Source of the DNA: Gemmatimonadales bacterium
GTDB lineage: Bacteria; Gemmatimonadota; Gemmatimonadetes; Gemmatimonadales; GWC2-71-9
Length of the DNA stretch: 64,000 nt
Reading direction: 5' to 3'
Assembly (NCBI GenBank): GCA_052389555.1
Contig: JBQTHV010000014.1
Coordinates: forward strand, 1,427 to 65,426
The translations under genes and the position numbers were made by a program. The notes under the pieces are model-generated. The model ran no database searches, had not been told where the DNA came from, and worked only from the letters and a program-made list of their open reading frames with translations. Below, in pieces: positions 18,368 through 28,575 of the stretch (its first letter is position 1; every line of letters begins with the position of its first letter).

Positions 18368-21300
18368 TGCGCACCTCCTCCCACCCGAATCCCTGCCGAG
18401 ACCGCCGGCGCGAAGTGGCGCCACAGCTCGTCGGTGGCAGGCCGTTGTCGAGGCCAGATCTCGTTCAGGGTTTCGCCTTCGTACAATCGGCCGTTCATCA
18501 TCACGTACCTGATAGAGTTGGTGTTGCGGATGTTCTCGAGCGGGTTCGCATCGAGCACCTGGAGGTCGGCCAGTTTCCCGGGCTCGAGGGAGCCGAGATC
18601 CTTTCCCAGCCCGATGGCTCGAGCCCCGAGGATCGTGGCCACTCGCAGCGCGTCGTGGGTACTCATCCCGCCGCTCTGCACCGACCAGAGTTCCCAGTGG
18701 TAGCCCAGGCCCTGGAGCTGGCCATGGCTGCCGATCCCCACATTGCCGCCCCCTTCCACCAGCTCCTTGAGCCAGCCGGCGTGCTTCGGGAAGGCGTACT
18801 CGTCGCGACGGAACCAGGAGCCCGGCCCCGGCCGGGAGTCCACCCGGCGCGCCTTCCAGTCGAGCTCTTCCTTGGGCGTGAAGTGGGTGAGCTTTCGGTC
18901 TCCCACCACATTCTCGTTGGTGTAGTAGAAGTGCTCGGCCCAGGGTCCCCCATAGGAAACCAGCAACGTGGGCGTGTTGGTGGTGCCCGACGTCTTGAAG
19001 AGCTCGACCACGTCGTGATACGCCGGAATGATCGGGAGGGTGTGCTCGATGCCCGAATAGCCGTCCATCGCGTGGGTCATGTTGAGCCGGTACTCCAACC
19101 CTCCCTCGGTGGTCGGCATCAGCTTGAGCTCGCGCGCCGCCATGATCAGGAGCTGGCGCTGCCGGCGATTCCCGGTCATGTACATCTTGAACGTCTTGGT
19201 ATCCCAGTACTCGCTGTAGCGCCGCAGAATGTTCCGCGCGTGGGCCAGGTCCTTGATTCCCTCGGTCCAGAACACCCCGGGTCCGGTCGAATAGACCCGT
19301 GGTCCCGGCATGTGCCCCCCTTCCACCCGATCGGCGTAGACCAGCACGTCGGTCGTGGCGGTCTGGGGATCCCGCGTCGTCGTCACCCCGTAGGCCAGGT
19401 TGGCGAGGTAGATCCACGGTCTGGTCCAGTGGAGGCCCCAGAGATTCCACATGTGGGAGTGGGTATCGACGAAGCCGGGAATGATGGTCTTCCCGCTCAC
19501 GTCAATGACCCGGGCGTCGGCGGGAACCGGGACACTGCCCCGGGCCCCCACGGCCACGATCCGGTTGTTGCGGATCACCAGGTCGGCGTGCTCGATCACC
19601 TCGTTCCCCCGCATCGTGATTACCCGGGCGCCCCGCAGCACCGCGGTGCCCTGCGGGGTATCCCGCGGGCTCATAACCCGCAGCCGGACCTCTTCCGGCC
19701 GGTAGCTCGTGTCCGCCTCGGCGCGATCGAGCCGGTAGGTGACGAACGCGTTCCCGATGGACCAATGGACCGTCCGCCCGTCGGCGCCCCACACCGGGAA
19801 TTCCCCGCCGATATCAGTGAGCCGGCGGACCGGCATCTGGGCGCTGTCGGGAACGGTGACCAGGACGGTGGGAACCGCTCCGCCGGTCATCGGGACGGTG
19901 ACCACATAGAGGTCCCGGAGGACCACGGCGAGCGCCTGGTCGCCCCGGGGGGCCATCATGACCAGCCCGGCCGGGGTCGAAGGGATCTGCGGCTCGCGCT
20001 CGAAATCCCGCGGCATCGGGATGTCGGACGTATCGGAGGGCGCGGCGAACCGGTAGGTCATGGCACTGAAGGGGAGCCGCCAAACAACCCGCAGGTGGCG
20101 CTTGATATCGGTGCCGTCCCATCGCATTGAGCTGACTCCCACCGCCGGCAGTCCCTGGAAGGGTGGCGGAGGCGGTTCGCCGGGAAGTGAGCCATACACG
20201 TAAATCCGCTCGGGATCGGTGGTGAAGTGCGGGCGGGTGCGGCCCGCCGTCGGCGCGACGACCGTCACCTCCCCGCCCGCGGCGGGAACCCAGACGAACT
20301 CCGAGCCGACCCCAGCAACGAACGGATCGTAGGCTTCCCGGAGCTCCCGCGCGGCCGAGCGAATCGCCACGATCCGTTTGCCATCGGGTGACCAGGCAAG
20401 CTGCCGGTAGTAGCCAGGGATCCGGGTGAGCCGGACCGGCGTGCCGCCAGCCGCATTAACCCGCATGATATGGGTCTCCCGGTCGTCCCAGGCCACGTAC
20501 GCGATCGCGGTGCCGTCGGGCGACCAGGTCGGGAAATACTCGCCCATCTCCTGGGTGGTGAGCCGGCGCGGGGCGCCGTTCGGCAGGTCGGCAACGTAGA
20601 GACGGTCGAGCGCGGTGAAGGCGACTCGGCGGCCGTCGGGGGAGGGAACCCCATCACGGATTTGCCTGGCCACGAAGGTCGGAGTGGTATCCACCGGATA
20701 CTCGAATCTGACTTCCGGCCCGACTGCCACTTCCGCGTTCACGGTGAAGGGGATCTTGCTTGGCGCAGCTCCGTCGATCGGGACCCGCCAGATCTCCCCT
20801 CCATAGGAAATCACGACGGCCCGCGAGTCGGGCGTGAAGGCATAACCCGGTAGGACGTCCATGCTGGCCACCGATTCCTGGTCGTCGCGCTGAATCGGGA
20901 AGGCGAGCCAGCGTTCCTCGCCGGTCGCGAGCTCGCGGAGCACCAGGCCGGTCTCCGCATCGTGGCGCGATCCGTAGGTAAGCCACTTGCCGTCGGGCGA
21001 GAGCGCCGGCCGGAACGCGGAGCCGTAGCGCGACGTCATGGTGGTGCGAGTCCCCGCTTCCCGGTCATAGACCGCGAGCTGGAACTGGGGGAGCAACGCG
21101 TTGTACTGCCAGGTTCCGTTCCGCTGCGCGAACCAGACGTAGCGGCCGTTGGGACCGAAGGCGGCGCCCAGCATCCGCAAGCCGCCCGGTCCCGCCGTCA
21201 GCTCGAGACCGCGGCCGCCCTTCACGTGGTAGAGCCAGAGGTGCTCGAGCGAAGTAGGGGTGCCTTTCGAGACGACGACGTAGTTGCCGTCCGGGCTCCA

Positions 21301-21738
21301 CTCCGGCGAGAGATAGACCATGTCGTTGCCGGTGGTGAGCGGCCGCGGCTCGCCCCCGGTTGCGCTCACCAGCCAGACGTTCTCGTCGCCGCTCCGGTCG
21401 GACACGAAGACGATCTGTTTGCCGTCCGGGCTCCACCGCGGCTGCATGTCATGCGCGATGCCGCTGGTGAGCCGGGTCGCGATTCCCCCACTGATCGGCA
21501 TCGTATAGAGATCGCCGAGTAGGTCGAACGCGATCGCCTGGCCGTCTGGACTCAGGTCCAGGGAGATCCAGGTTCCCTTGCTGGTCGTGAACCTGGCCCA
21601 CCGGGCCGGCACGAGCGGCAGCCCCGCGTTGACGGTATCGGCCGGCGGTGGCCGGCGGGGCGACGATCCCGGCCCCGACGGAACCAGCAGGAGAGGAACG
21701 AGCAGTGGAACGACAGGGGAGAAGCGAAGCCAGCGCAT
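18364..21738 (-). CDS. TolB-like (PD40) beta-propeller + amidohydrolase fusion, paralog 1
   Basis: Collinear with the downstream paralog (GTW.S.D.SPDG, LAxPIQRDD.ES, KMYMxGNR); PGFVDTHSH. Confidence 0.9.
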   Translation of the reverse strand: MRWLRFSPVVPLLVPLLLVPSGPGSSPRRPPPADTVNAGLPLVPARWARFTTSKGTWISLDLSPDGQAIAFDLLGDLYTMPISGGIATRLTSGIAHDMQPRWSPDGKQIVFVSDRSGDENVWLVSATGGEPRPLTTGNDMVYLSPEWSPDGNYVVVSKGTPTSLEHLWLYHVKGGRGLELTAGPGGLRMLGAAFGPNGRYVWFAQRNGTWQYNALLPQFQLAVYDREAGTRTTMTSRYGSAFRPALSPDGKWLTYGSRHDAETGLVLRELATGEERWLAFPIQRDDQESVASMDVLPGYAFTPDSRAVVISYGGEIWRVPIDGAAPSKIPFTVNAEVAVGPEVRFEYPVDTTPTFVARQIRDGVPSPDGRRVAFTALDRLYVADLPNGAPRRLTTQEMGEYFPTWSPDGTAIAYVAWDDRETHIMRVNAAGGTPVRLTRIPGYYRQLAWSPDGKRIVAIRSAARELREAYDPFVAGVGSEFVWVPAAGGEVTVVAPTAGRTRPHFTTDPERIYVYGSLPGEPPPPPFQGLPAVGVSSMRWDGTDIKRHLRVVWRLPFSAMTYRFAAPSDTSDIPMPRDFEREPQIPSTPAGLVMMAPRGDQALAVVLRDLYVVTVPMTGGAVPTVLVTVPDSAQMPVRRLTDIGGEFPVWGADGRTVHWSIGNAFVTYRLDRAEADTSYRPEEVRLRVMSPRDTPQGTAVLRGARVITMRGNEVIEHADLVIRNNRIVAVGARGSVPVPADARVIDVSGKTIIPGFVDTHSHMWNLWGLHWTRPWIYLANLAYGVTTTRDPQTATTDVLVYADRVEGGHMPGPRVYSTGPGVFWTEGIKDLAHARNILRRYSEYWDTKTFKMYMTGNRRQRQLLIMAARELKLMPTTEGGLEYRLNMTHAMDGYSGIEHTLPIIPAYHDVVELFKTSGTTNTPTLLVSYGGPWAEHFYYTNENVVGDRKLTHFTPKEELDWKARRVDSRPGPGSWFRRDEYAFPKHAGWLKELVEGGGNVGIGSHGQLQGLGYHWELWSVQSGGMSTHDALRVATILGARAIGLGKDLGSLEPGKLADLQVLDANPLENIRNTNSIRYVMMNGRLYEGETLNEIWPRQRPATDELWRHFAPAVSAGIRVGGGAQ

Positions 21739-21808
21739 ACGAAGCTCCGAGAGAACCAAATGGCAGACGCTTGAATCCGGCAGAGCGTTGCGGCCGCAGG
21801 CTACAAAA

Positions 21809-22951
21809 CTAGCGGGATCCCGGCAGAATCCGCAGGACCCGTCCGTCGGCTTCGTCCGTTACTACGTACAGGGCCCCATCCGGGCCTTCCTGAACGTCCC
21901 GGATGCGCCAGCCCAGCTCGCCGAGATACCGCTCCTCGCGGACCACCGCGCCGTTCTCGAGGACCAGGCGTACTAGGACCTGAGAGGCGAGCCCTCCGAC
22001 CAGGATGTTCCCTTTCCAGTCCGGGAATGCGTCACCCGAGTAGAACACCATGCCCGATGGCGCGATGATGGGGTCCCAGTAATAGACCGGCTGCTCCATG
22101 CCTTCCTTCGCGGTGCCCTCCCCGATGGCCAGGCCGCTGTAATCACGTCCGTAGGTGATCACCGGCCAGCCGTAGTTCTTGCCCGCCTCGGGATGGTTGA
22201 GCTCGTCCCCTCCCCGAGCCCCATGCTCCACCGTCCAGAGCTGCCCGGTCGCGGGATCGAGCGCAGCCGCCTGAATGTTTCGATGACCGTAGGACCAGAT
22301 CTCCCGCCTGGTACCGCTTTGGCCGGCGAAGGGATTGTCCCGGGGAATCGATCCGTCGGGCATGATCCGAACCATCTTCCCGAGCCCGCTCGAGAGGTTC
22401 TGGGCCTGGTCGCGGTAGTCGAATCGATCGCCCTGGGTAACGAAAAGGGCGCCGCTCCGGTCGAACACCAGCCGGGATCCGAAGTGGCCTCCGCCGGCGA
22501 CCTTGGGTTCCTGGCGATAGATGACGCGAAGGTCCTCGAGCCCGGCCGCGCCGAGCCGCGCCTGTGCGACGGCCGTGCCGGCCAATCCACCCGCACCCGG
22601 CTCGGCGTAAGAGAGGTAGATCGTCTGGTTGCTGGAGAAGTCGGGGTCGAGGGCGACATCCAGGAGGCCCCCCTGTCCTCGGGCATGGACCGCGGGTACT
22701 CCCGCCAGCGGTGAACTGAGCCGGCCATCCGGCTCGACGATGCGCAGGCGGCCGGGGCGTTCCGTCACCAGAATGCGGCCGTCGGGCAGGAACGCGAGTG
22801 CCCACGGGTGCTCGAGCCCCCTGGCGACCGTTTCGACTTTGAGCGCGTTCCGCTGCGCCGATGGATTGGGGGATCGGAGTGCCGGTCCGTTGGGCCCGGG
22901 GGGCCGGCAAGCCACCATGCCAGCCAGTAGGATGGCCAGGGTGCGTGACAT
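21809..22951 (-). CDS. PQQ-dependent glucose/sorbosone (aldose sugar) dehydrogenase, YliI-like
   Basis: [43 protein letters not shown]. Confidence 0.92.
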   Translation of the reverse strand: MSRTLAILLAGMVACRPPGPNGPALRSPNPSAQRNALKVETVARGLEHPWALAFLPDGRILVTERPGRLRIVEPDGRLSSPLAGVPAVHARGQGGLLDVALDPDFSSNQTIYLSYAEPGAGGLAGTAVAQARLGAAGLEDLRVIYRQEPKVAGGGHFGSRLVFDRSGALFVTQGDRFDYRDQAQNLSSGLGKMVRIMPDGSIPRDNPFAGQSGTRREIWSYGHRNIQAAALDPATGQLWTVEHGARGGDELNHPEAGKNYGWPVITYGRDYSGLAIGEGTAKEGMEQPVYYWDPIIAPSGMVFYSGDAFPDWKGNILVGGLASQVLVRLVLENGAVVREERYLGELGWRIRDVQEGPDGALYVVTDEADGRVLRILPGSR

Positions 22952-23070
22952 GCCTGCATTATACGGGAAGCAGGCTCCGGGGGTTGCAGATCGTGAGGCG
23001 GGCGGTACCTTCGTTGCCAATTCCATCAGCGGGTCCGGTCGGTTTGCCCCATACCATCTCAGGAGGGAAC

Positions 23071-23580
23071 ATGAAATCCGCGCTGTCACCTGTTGTGATG
23101 CTCCTCGCTGTTGCTGCCTGCCAGCCGAGCGCCGAGACACCCGATCAGGCCCAGGCTCGCATGGATACCGAGTCGGCCGCCGCCAAGATGGCGATCGATT
23201 CAATGGCCGGGGAGTTTGCCACCCACTTCAACGCGGGCCATGCGGACATCGTCGCCGGCTTCTACATGGAGAATGCCACGGCTATGCCGCCTAACGCGCC
23301 GATGGCCAGCGGCCGGGCGGCGATTCAGGCGGTGCTGCAGGGCTTTGTCGACATGAAAGCCCAGCTCACCCTCACCCCGCAGGCAGTGGTGGCCAACGGA
23401 CCCCTGGCCATCGAGCGCGGGGTATACTCGGTCACCTTCACGCCGCCGGGCGCGACTGCTCCGATGACCGACACCGGGAAATACCTGGTGCACTGGCACA
23501 TGGTGGACGGGAAGTGGATGATCGCGGACGATATCTGGAACAGCGATCTGGCTCCTCCGCCTCCGCCGCCGGCGCGATGA
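23071..23580 (+). CDS. DUF4440/SnoaL-like lipoprotein
   Basis: Lipobox VAAC; DTGKYLVHW...GKWMI..DIWNSD; RBS AGGAGG. Confidence 0.85.
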   Translation: MKSALSPVVMLLAVAACQPSAETPDQAQARMDTESAAAKMAIDSMAGEFATHFNAGHADIVAGFYMENATAMPPNAPMASGRAAIQAVLQGFVDMKAQLTLTPQAVVANGPLAIERGVYSVTFTPPGATAPMTDTGKYLVHWHMVDGKWMIADDIWNSDLAPPPPPPAR

Positions 23581-23584
23581 GTGT

Positions 23585-23666
23585 GGCTATTGGCTAATAG
23601 CTATTGGCTATTGGACACGAGCCCCGCCGGGTTAGGGCAGTTTCCAATAGCCAATAGCCAATAGCC
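23585..23666. terminator. Heptamer hairpin (GCTATTG)n/(CAATAGC)n between convergent genes
   Basis: Arms 23585-23615 and 23643-23666; the loop contains CGGGTTAGG. Terminator role is inferred. Confidence 0.6.
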
Positions 23667-23674
23667 GCTGCCAG

Positions 23675-25546
23675 CTAGTCTCGCCGCCCCGGGACAATCG
23701 GCGCACCCGCCGATTCAGGCGGCGGCGCGGACACCACGGGCTCCGGTTCCGGGGTGAAGTCTTCTCCCGGGTTAATGAACCGGTCCCGCTCCAGCTTGAA
23801 CTGTTTGTCGTAGAGCTGCTTGTACCGGCCGCCGTTGGCCAGGAGCTCTCGGTGGGTGCCGCGCTCCACGATCTCGCCGGCTTCCAGCACCAGGATCTGG
23901 TCCGCGCTCAGAATAGTCGAAAGCCGGTGGGCGATGACGAACGTGGTCCGGCCTTTTCGGAGCGCCCGCAATCCGTCCTGAATCAGGCCTTCACTCTCGC
24001 TGTCGAGACTCGAGGTGGCTTCATCGAGCAGCAGGATGGCCGGGTCGGCCAGAATCGCTCGAGCAATCGCTACCCGCTGGCGCTGGCCGCCTGAAAGCTT
24101 CACCCCGCGTTCCCCCACGATCGTGTCGTATCCCTGCGGAAAGCCCTGCACGAATTCATCGCAGTGGGCAATCCGGCTCACCAGCTCGACCTCATCCCGG
24201 GTCGCCTCGGGCCGGCTGAACTTGATGTTCTCCGCCACGGTGCCGTCGAACAAGAAGTTGTCTTGGAGCACGATGCCGAGTCGGCTCCGGTAATCGCGCA
24301 GCCGGAGCGTAACGAGGTCGCGGCCATCGACCCTCGCGGTGCCCTGCTGAGGCCGGTTGAACGCCATTACCAGACTCATCAGCGTGCTCTTGCCTGAGCC
24401 GCTCGAGCCGACCAGCGCCGTGGTCGAGCCGGCAGGGGCGCGGAACGAGACATTTCGGAGCACCGGCACTCCTGGGGTGTACTCGAACCACACGTTCTCG
24501 AACGCGACTTCGCCCCGAACCCCGTCGACAGGAATCCGGCCCGCATCCTCATCGTCCTCGGTAGCCATCTGGCGGATTTCGCGGATCCGGTCCAGACCCG
24601 CGAATGCCTCGGTGATCTGGGTGCCGATCGAGGCGATCTGGATGAGGGGGGCCGCCATGAGCCCGGTAAAGAACACATACATAACGAAATCGCCGAGCGT
24701 CATCTGCCCCGCAATGATGTCGCGGCCGCCAACCCAGATCATGATCGCGCCGATGCCGCCGACCACGACGCTGGAGAGCGCGGTGACCGCGCCGACGCCC
24801 GTCATGGTGGTGGCGATGTTGCGGAACAGCTGGTGGACTCCCTTGGTGAAGACGTAGTCCTCCCGCCGCTCGGCGACGTAGGACTTGACGATGCGGATGC
24901 CGCCCAGCGATTCGGTGAGCCGGCCGCTCACCGCCGCGGTGAGCTTCTGGCGTTCCCGGAAGATCGGGCGGAGTTTCTTGAAGGCATAGGTCATCCCGCC
25001 GCCGAACCCGATCAAGACCGCGAGCGTCACGGCGGTGAGCTTCCAGTTCAGCCAGAACAGCACGCTCATCGCGATCACGCCGGTGAGCAGGCCACCGGCG
25101 AGCTGCACCAGGCCGGTGCCCACCAGGTTCCGGATGCCTTCGGCGTCGTTCATAACCCGTGACAGCAGGATGCCGGTCTGGGTCTGATCGAAGAACCGGA
25201 TGGGAAGCCGGAGCACGTGCTCCTGGACCTCGCGCCGCAGGTTGGTGATCGCCCGCTGCGCCGCGATCCCGAGCACGCGCACCAGGGCGAACGAGGTGGC
25301 GGCCTGCACCAAGGCGGCCCCTAAAACGGCGAAGGCAATCGGTGGCAGCAGATGGACCTGACCCGCCACGATCACTTCATCGATCAGGTATTTGGAGCTC
25401 GCCGGCAGGACCAGTCCGGCCAGGCGACTCACCAGCATGATGGCAAAGCCCAGCGCGAGCCGGCCCCGGTACCGCCAGATGAGCTCGCGCGCTTCCCGCC
25501 ATGCGACGGAGAACGTGACCTTCTTCTTCTTGGGAAGCTCGGTCAT
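23675..25546 (-). CDS. ABC exporter, fused permease/ATPase (MsbA-like)
   Basis: TM domain, GSSGSGKST, LSGGQRQR, LLLDEATS, IAHRLST. Confidence 0.95.
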   Translation of the reverse strand: MTELPKKKKVTFSVAWREARELIWRYRGRLALGFAIMLVSRLAGLVLPASSKYLIDEVIVAGQVHLLPPIAFAVLGAALVQAATSFALVRVLGIAAQRAITNLRREVQEHVLRLPIRFFDQTQTGILLSRVMNDAEGIRNLVGTGLVQLAGGLLTGVIAMSVLFWLNWKLTAVTLAVLIGFGGGMTYAFKKLRPIFRERQKLTAAVSGRLTESLGGIRIVKSYVAERREDYVFTKGVHQLFRNIATTMTGVGAVTALSSVVVGGIGAIMIWVGGRDIIAGQMTLGDFVMYVFFTGLMAAPLIQIASIGTQITEAFAGLDRIREIRQMATEDDEDAGRIPVDGVRGEVAFENVWFEYTPGVPVLRNVSFRAPAGSTTALVGSSGSGKSTLMSLVMAFNRPQQGTARVDGRDLVTLRLRDYRSRLGIVLQDNFLFDGTVAENIKFSRPEATRDEVELVSRIAHCDEFVQGFPQGYDTIVGERGVKLSGGQRQRVAIARAILADPAILLLDEATSSLDSESEGLIQDGLRALRKGRTTFVIAHRLSTILSADQILVLEAGEIVERGTHRELLANGGRYKQLYDKQFKLERDRFINPGEDFTPEPEPVVSAPPPESAGAPIVPGRRD

Positions 25547-25549
25547 GCG

Positions 25550-26053
25550 CTACTTCTTCAGCCCTGGCCCCTGGCCCCCGGCCCCTGACCCCTTCAACCG
25601 GGTCTGAACCCGCTCGCGATACCTGGCAAACACCGCGCGCCCTTCCTCAGAGCTCGTGGCGATCCACTCGGCGTGGCGGAAGGCGTGCGGCGATACTGCC
25701 GCCCGGAACTCGGCCAGCCAGGGCTGGAACTTTGCAAAGACCAGCAGGCCCTCACTGGTCGTTTCGACGAGATAGTCCGGGTTCACGATTCCATGGCGCG
25801 CCATGCCATAGGCCATCTCCCAGTAGGTGGTCACCTGCCGGTAGGCGGTGTTGCCGGGATGCTCGCCTTTGGTAATGGCTACCGCGGCCGCGAGAGTCTC
25901 CGGCCAGAACTCGGCGACCATGTACCGCCGGGATTCGCGCATGATGGGTTCACGCCGCAGCTCGTAGAGCCGCAGCACCAGCTCCGCATCATGATGGTCG
26001 GGACGGTCCTTGATCAGACCGTCGCGCACTCGAGGGATCGGCAGTCCGGTCAT
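25550..26053 (-). CDS. Conserved hypothetical protein
   Basis: DAELVLRLYELRRE..MR.SR...RQV..YWEM; 3 bp from the ABC gene; C-terminus built from (GCCCCTG)n. Confidence 0.7.
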   Translation of the reverse strand: MTGLPIPRVRDGLIKDRPDHHDAELVLRLYELRREPIMRESRRYMVAEFWPETLAAAVAITKGEHPGNTAYRQVTTYWEMAYGMARHGIVNPDYLVETTSEGLLVFAKFQPWLAEFRAAVSPHAFRHAEWIATSSEEGRAVFARYRERVQTRLKGSGAGGQGPGLKK

Positions 26054-26164
26054 GGGGTAGGCTCGAGAATGATGGCGCGGCGGGCGAAGCAGTGCAGTGG
26101 CCAACCTAGCCGGATAGGAACGGCGATGCAAGGCGTTCCTCGGTCCGGTTAGGTTTCGCTCTTC

Positions 26165-27325
26165 ATGCGATCCGCGATGCTCGCCCGGCATTTCCTGCTT
26201 CTGGTCATCGCTGCCGGGGCTGCGTGCCGCAGCCGTCCCTCGAGAGAAACCGGAGGCCGCGCGGACCCTGCTGCGGCGGACACCGCCGCCGTGCTGGTTG
26301 TGGTGGAGCCCGCGGTGGTCGGCTTCTGGCTTCCCGCGGCTGACACGATCCCCGCCTCCGCGCAGCGGGACGCCGAACGTGAGTTCTCCCGGACCGGCCG
26401 GGCAATCGCACGCTATCTCGACGACACCGATATCGACTTTGTGACCACGACGAGCGATACCGTCATCGTGCAGCTCGCCGGCGGGCGGCAGCGGATGATC
26501 ATGCTGAGCGGGCTCGACTTCCCGTATGGCTACGTGCTGATCGAGCCGGGTTATGCAGAGGAGTTTCACACCGGGATCGAGGACTTGGATCACCTGGAGG
26601 AAGCCATCGCGGCGTACTTCGGGCTGGAGGATCCGGGTGCCGGGTCCCGCCCGCGTCACCGCATTGCCCACTCCCCAATCCCCACTCCCCACTCCCCATT
26701 CCCCTGCTATTCGCTATTCGCTGCGCTTCCAACTCGGTCCTCGAAGAGCCCGTCCCGGCTTCGCACCGGTTGGGACGCCGTCGCGCAGTACCAGGGTGCC
26801 ATTGACCAGGACATGCCGGATGCCGACCGAGAGCTGGTGCGGCTGCTCGAAGGTGGCCCGGTCGCCGACCGTAGCCGCGTCGAAGAGAACGACGTCAGCA
26901 TAGAATCCCTCGCGCAACAATCCCCGATCCCGAATCGACAACCTGGTCGCGACCGCCGAGGTGCTCTTGCGGATCGCTTCCTCCAGCGGGAGGACCCGTT
27001 CCTCGCGAACATACCTCCCGAGGATCCGCGGGTAATTGCCGTACGAGCGTGGATGCACCAACCCGCGAGGATTGGCCGGGTCCTGACCGCTCGCATCGGT
27101 GCCGAACTTCATCCAGGGGAGCCGGAGCTTGGTGCGGACATTCTCTTCGCTCATGAGGAAGAAGACCGTTTCGACCCGCGAGCTGTCGGCGAGGAGCAGA
27201 TCCATCGCGGCGTCCTCCCACGCCTTCCTCATCTCGGCGGCGACCTCGGAGAGTCGCTTGCCCTGATACCGGGCGTTGGCGGAGTTCCGGAATTCGACGA
27301 ACAGCACGTTCTCCGGACCGCCTAA
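26165..27325 (+). CDS. Hypothetical lipoprotein; plausible part ends ~26660 and the frame runs on antisense into the next gene
   Basis: Signal with GAAC lipobox; protein-like to ~aa 165, then a (CCCACTC)n repeat and antisense sequence. Confidence 0.5.
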   Translation: MRSAMLARHFLLLVIAAGAACRSRPSRETGGRADPAAADTAAVLVVVEPAVVGFWLPAADTIPASAQRDAEREFSRTGRAIARYLDDTDIDFVTTTSDTVIVQLAGGRQRMIMLSGLDFPYGYVLIEPGYAEEFHTGIEDLDHLEEAIAAYFGLEDPGAGSRPRHRIAHSPIPTPHSPFPCYSLFAALPTRSSKSPSRLRTGWDAVAQYQGAIDQDMPDADRELVRLLEGGPVADRSRVEENDVSIESLAQQSPIPNRQPGRDRRGALADRFLQREDPFLANIPPEDPRVIAVRAWMHQPARIGRVLTARIGAELHPGEPELGADILFAHEEEDRFDPRAVGEEQIHRGVLPRLPHLGGDLGESLALIPGVGGVPEFDEQHVLRTA

Positions 27326-28420
27326 CTCGCAGAGGTTCTCCCACCCACTCTGGACCTGTCCCATTTCGGCGCGGATTCGCGGCCGGACCGCCGAGTCGGC
27401 GAGGTTCTGGAATAGCTTGCCGTCGGCACTGGCCCAGGGGGGCACACAGGCGCTCAACCCGGTGGCGCCGGCGGGATACGCATACATGTCAGCCTGAACG
27501 TCTAGGCCGGCCGCTCGTGCCGAGTCAATCTTGGCGATGGCCTGCGCGGTCTTGGGCCAATTGCGGATGCCGCCGGCTTTGAGGTGATAAATCTCGACCG
27601 GCACCCCGCCTTCCGTGCCGATCCGGATCGCTTCGTCGATGGCCTCGAGCCACGCGTTCCCTTCCGAGCGGAGATGCGTGATGTAAACCCCGCCGAGCGG
27701 TGCCATCGCGCGGGCAAGCTCGATCAGCTCTTCGGTCGAAGCGTAGTTGCCGGGCGGATAGATCAGTGCGGATCCGAGGCCGAAGGCGCCATCCTCCATG
27801 GCGCGACGGACTACCGCGCGCATGGTATCGAGCTCGGCGGGGGTGGCAGGTCCCTGGGCCTGACCCTTGGCATAGACCCGCACCGTTCCGGCGCCCAGGA
27901 AGGATCCCACGTTGACCGAGTTGCCGTGCCTCTCCATGGCACGGAGCCAGGCATCGAAGCCGTGTGGCCCGCTGAAGTCGAGATCGGCCCGTCCGCTCCA
28001 TGGACCGCGCGGGTTGGTGTTGGAATTCGCCGGAGCCGGCGTGCCGCCTTCGCCGAGGATCTCGGTGGTGATACCTTGCGTGATCTTGCTGATGACCCGG
28101 CCGTCGCCGACCGTGAACTCCGCCGTGGATTGGCCCTGGATGTCGATGAACCCCGGAGCCACCACGAGTCCGGCGGCCGAGATCCGCTCTTTGGCGGGCT
28201 CGCGTGCTAACCCGCCGCGCGGCGCAATCCGGGCGATGCGGTCTCCCCGGATCGCCAGATCGCCCCAGAACCAGGCTGCGCCGGTGCCGTCAACGATCCG
28301 CCCCCCCTCGATCACGAGATCGTACGGCCCGGGCGCTGGGGCCGGCGTGGGGACCGGACCGCTCCTCGCGCACGCCCCACCGAGCACGAGGAACAACAGC
28401 AAGCAGAGTCGGCGCGTCAT
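26714..28420 (-). CDS. N-acyl-D-amino-acid deacylase (D-aminoacylase) family lipoprotein
   Basis: IVDGTG, APGFID, QGITTE..GEG, HLRSEG, HPRSYG..PR.LG, RGLLREG.YADVV. Confidence 0.9.
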   Translation of the reverse strand: MTRRLCLLLFLVLGGACARSGPVPTPAPAPGPYDLVIEGGRIVDGTGAAWFWGDLAIRGDRIARIAPRGGLAREPAKERISAAGLVVAPGFIDIQGQSTAEFTVGDGRVISKITQGITTEILGEGGTPAPANSNTNPRGPWSGRADLDFSGPHGFDAWLRAMERHGNSVNVGSFLGAGTVRVYAKGQAQGPATPAELDTMRAVVRRAMEDGAFGLGSALIYPPGNYASTEELIELARAMAPLGGVYITHLRSEGNAWLEAIDEAIRIGTEGGVPVEIYHLKAGGIRNWPKTAQAIAKIDSARAAGLDVQADMYAYPAGATGLSACVPPWASADGKLFQNLADSAVRPRIRAEMGQVQSGWENLCELGGPENVLFVEFRNSANARYQGKRLSEVAAEMRKAWEDAAMDLLLADSSRVETVFFLMSEENVRTKLRLPWMKFGTDASGQDPANPRGLVHPRSYGNYPRILGRYVREERVLPLEEAIRKSTSAVATRLSIRDRGLLREGFYADVVLFDAATVGDRATFEQPHQLSVGIRHVLVNGTLVLRDGVPTGAKPGRALRGPSWKRSE

Positions 28421-28442
28421 TCCGGTTCTCCTCAACGAATGG

Positions 28443-28526
28443 CCCACAGATTACACCGATTACGCAGATTGAAAAGCTATCCGCGGACCATTCTGAGAAA
28501 TCTGTGTCATCGGTGTAATCTGTGGG
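28443..28526. repeat. REP-like palindrome with 28-bp arms built of 9-mer units
   Basis: cccacagattacaccgattacgcagatt ... aatctgtgtcatcggtgtaatctgtggg (2 mismatches), between divergent genes. Confidence 0.85.
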
Positions 28527-28575
28527 TCCTCTCTCCATGACTGCTTGACAAGCTGGGGCTCCGGGACGAAGGTCA

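Noticed and set aside
18368-19450. N-terminal 361-aa extension of the 1582-aa ORF
   Set aside because: It overlaps the upstream paralog out of frame; the GTG at 18367 gives a signal peptide and translational coupling.
14981-20130. Long + strand ORFs (14981-17011, 18415-20130) and similar shadow ORFs elsewhere
   Set aside because: They are antisense to well-supported genes, which is expected in high-GC DNA, and show no domains.
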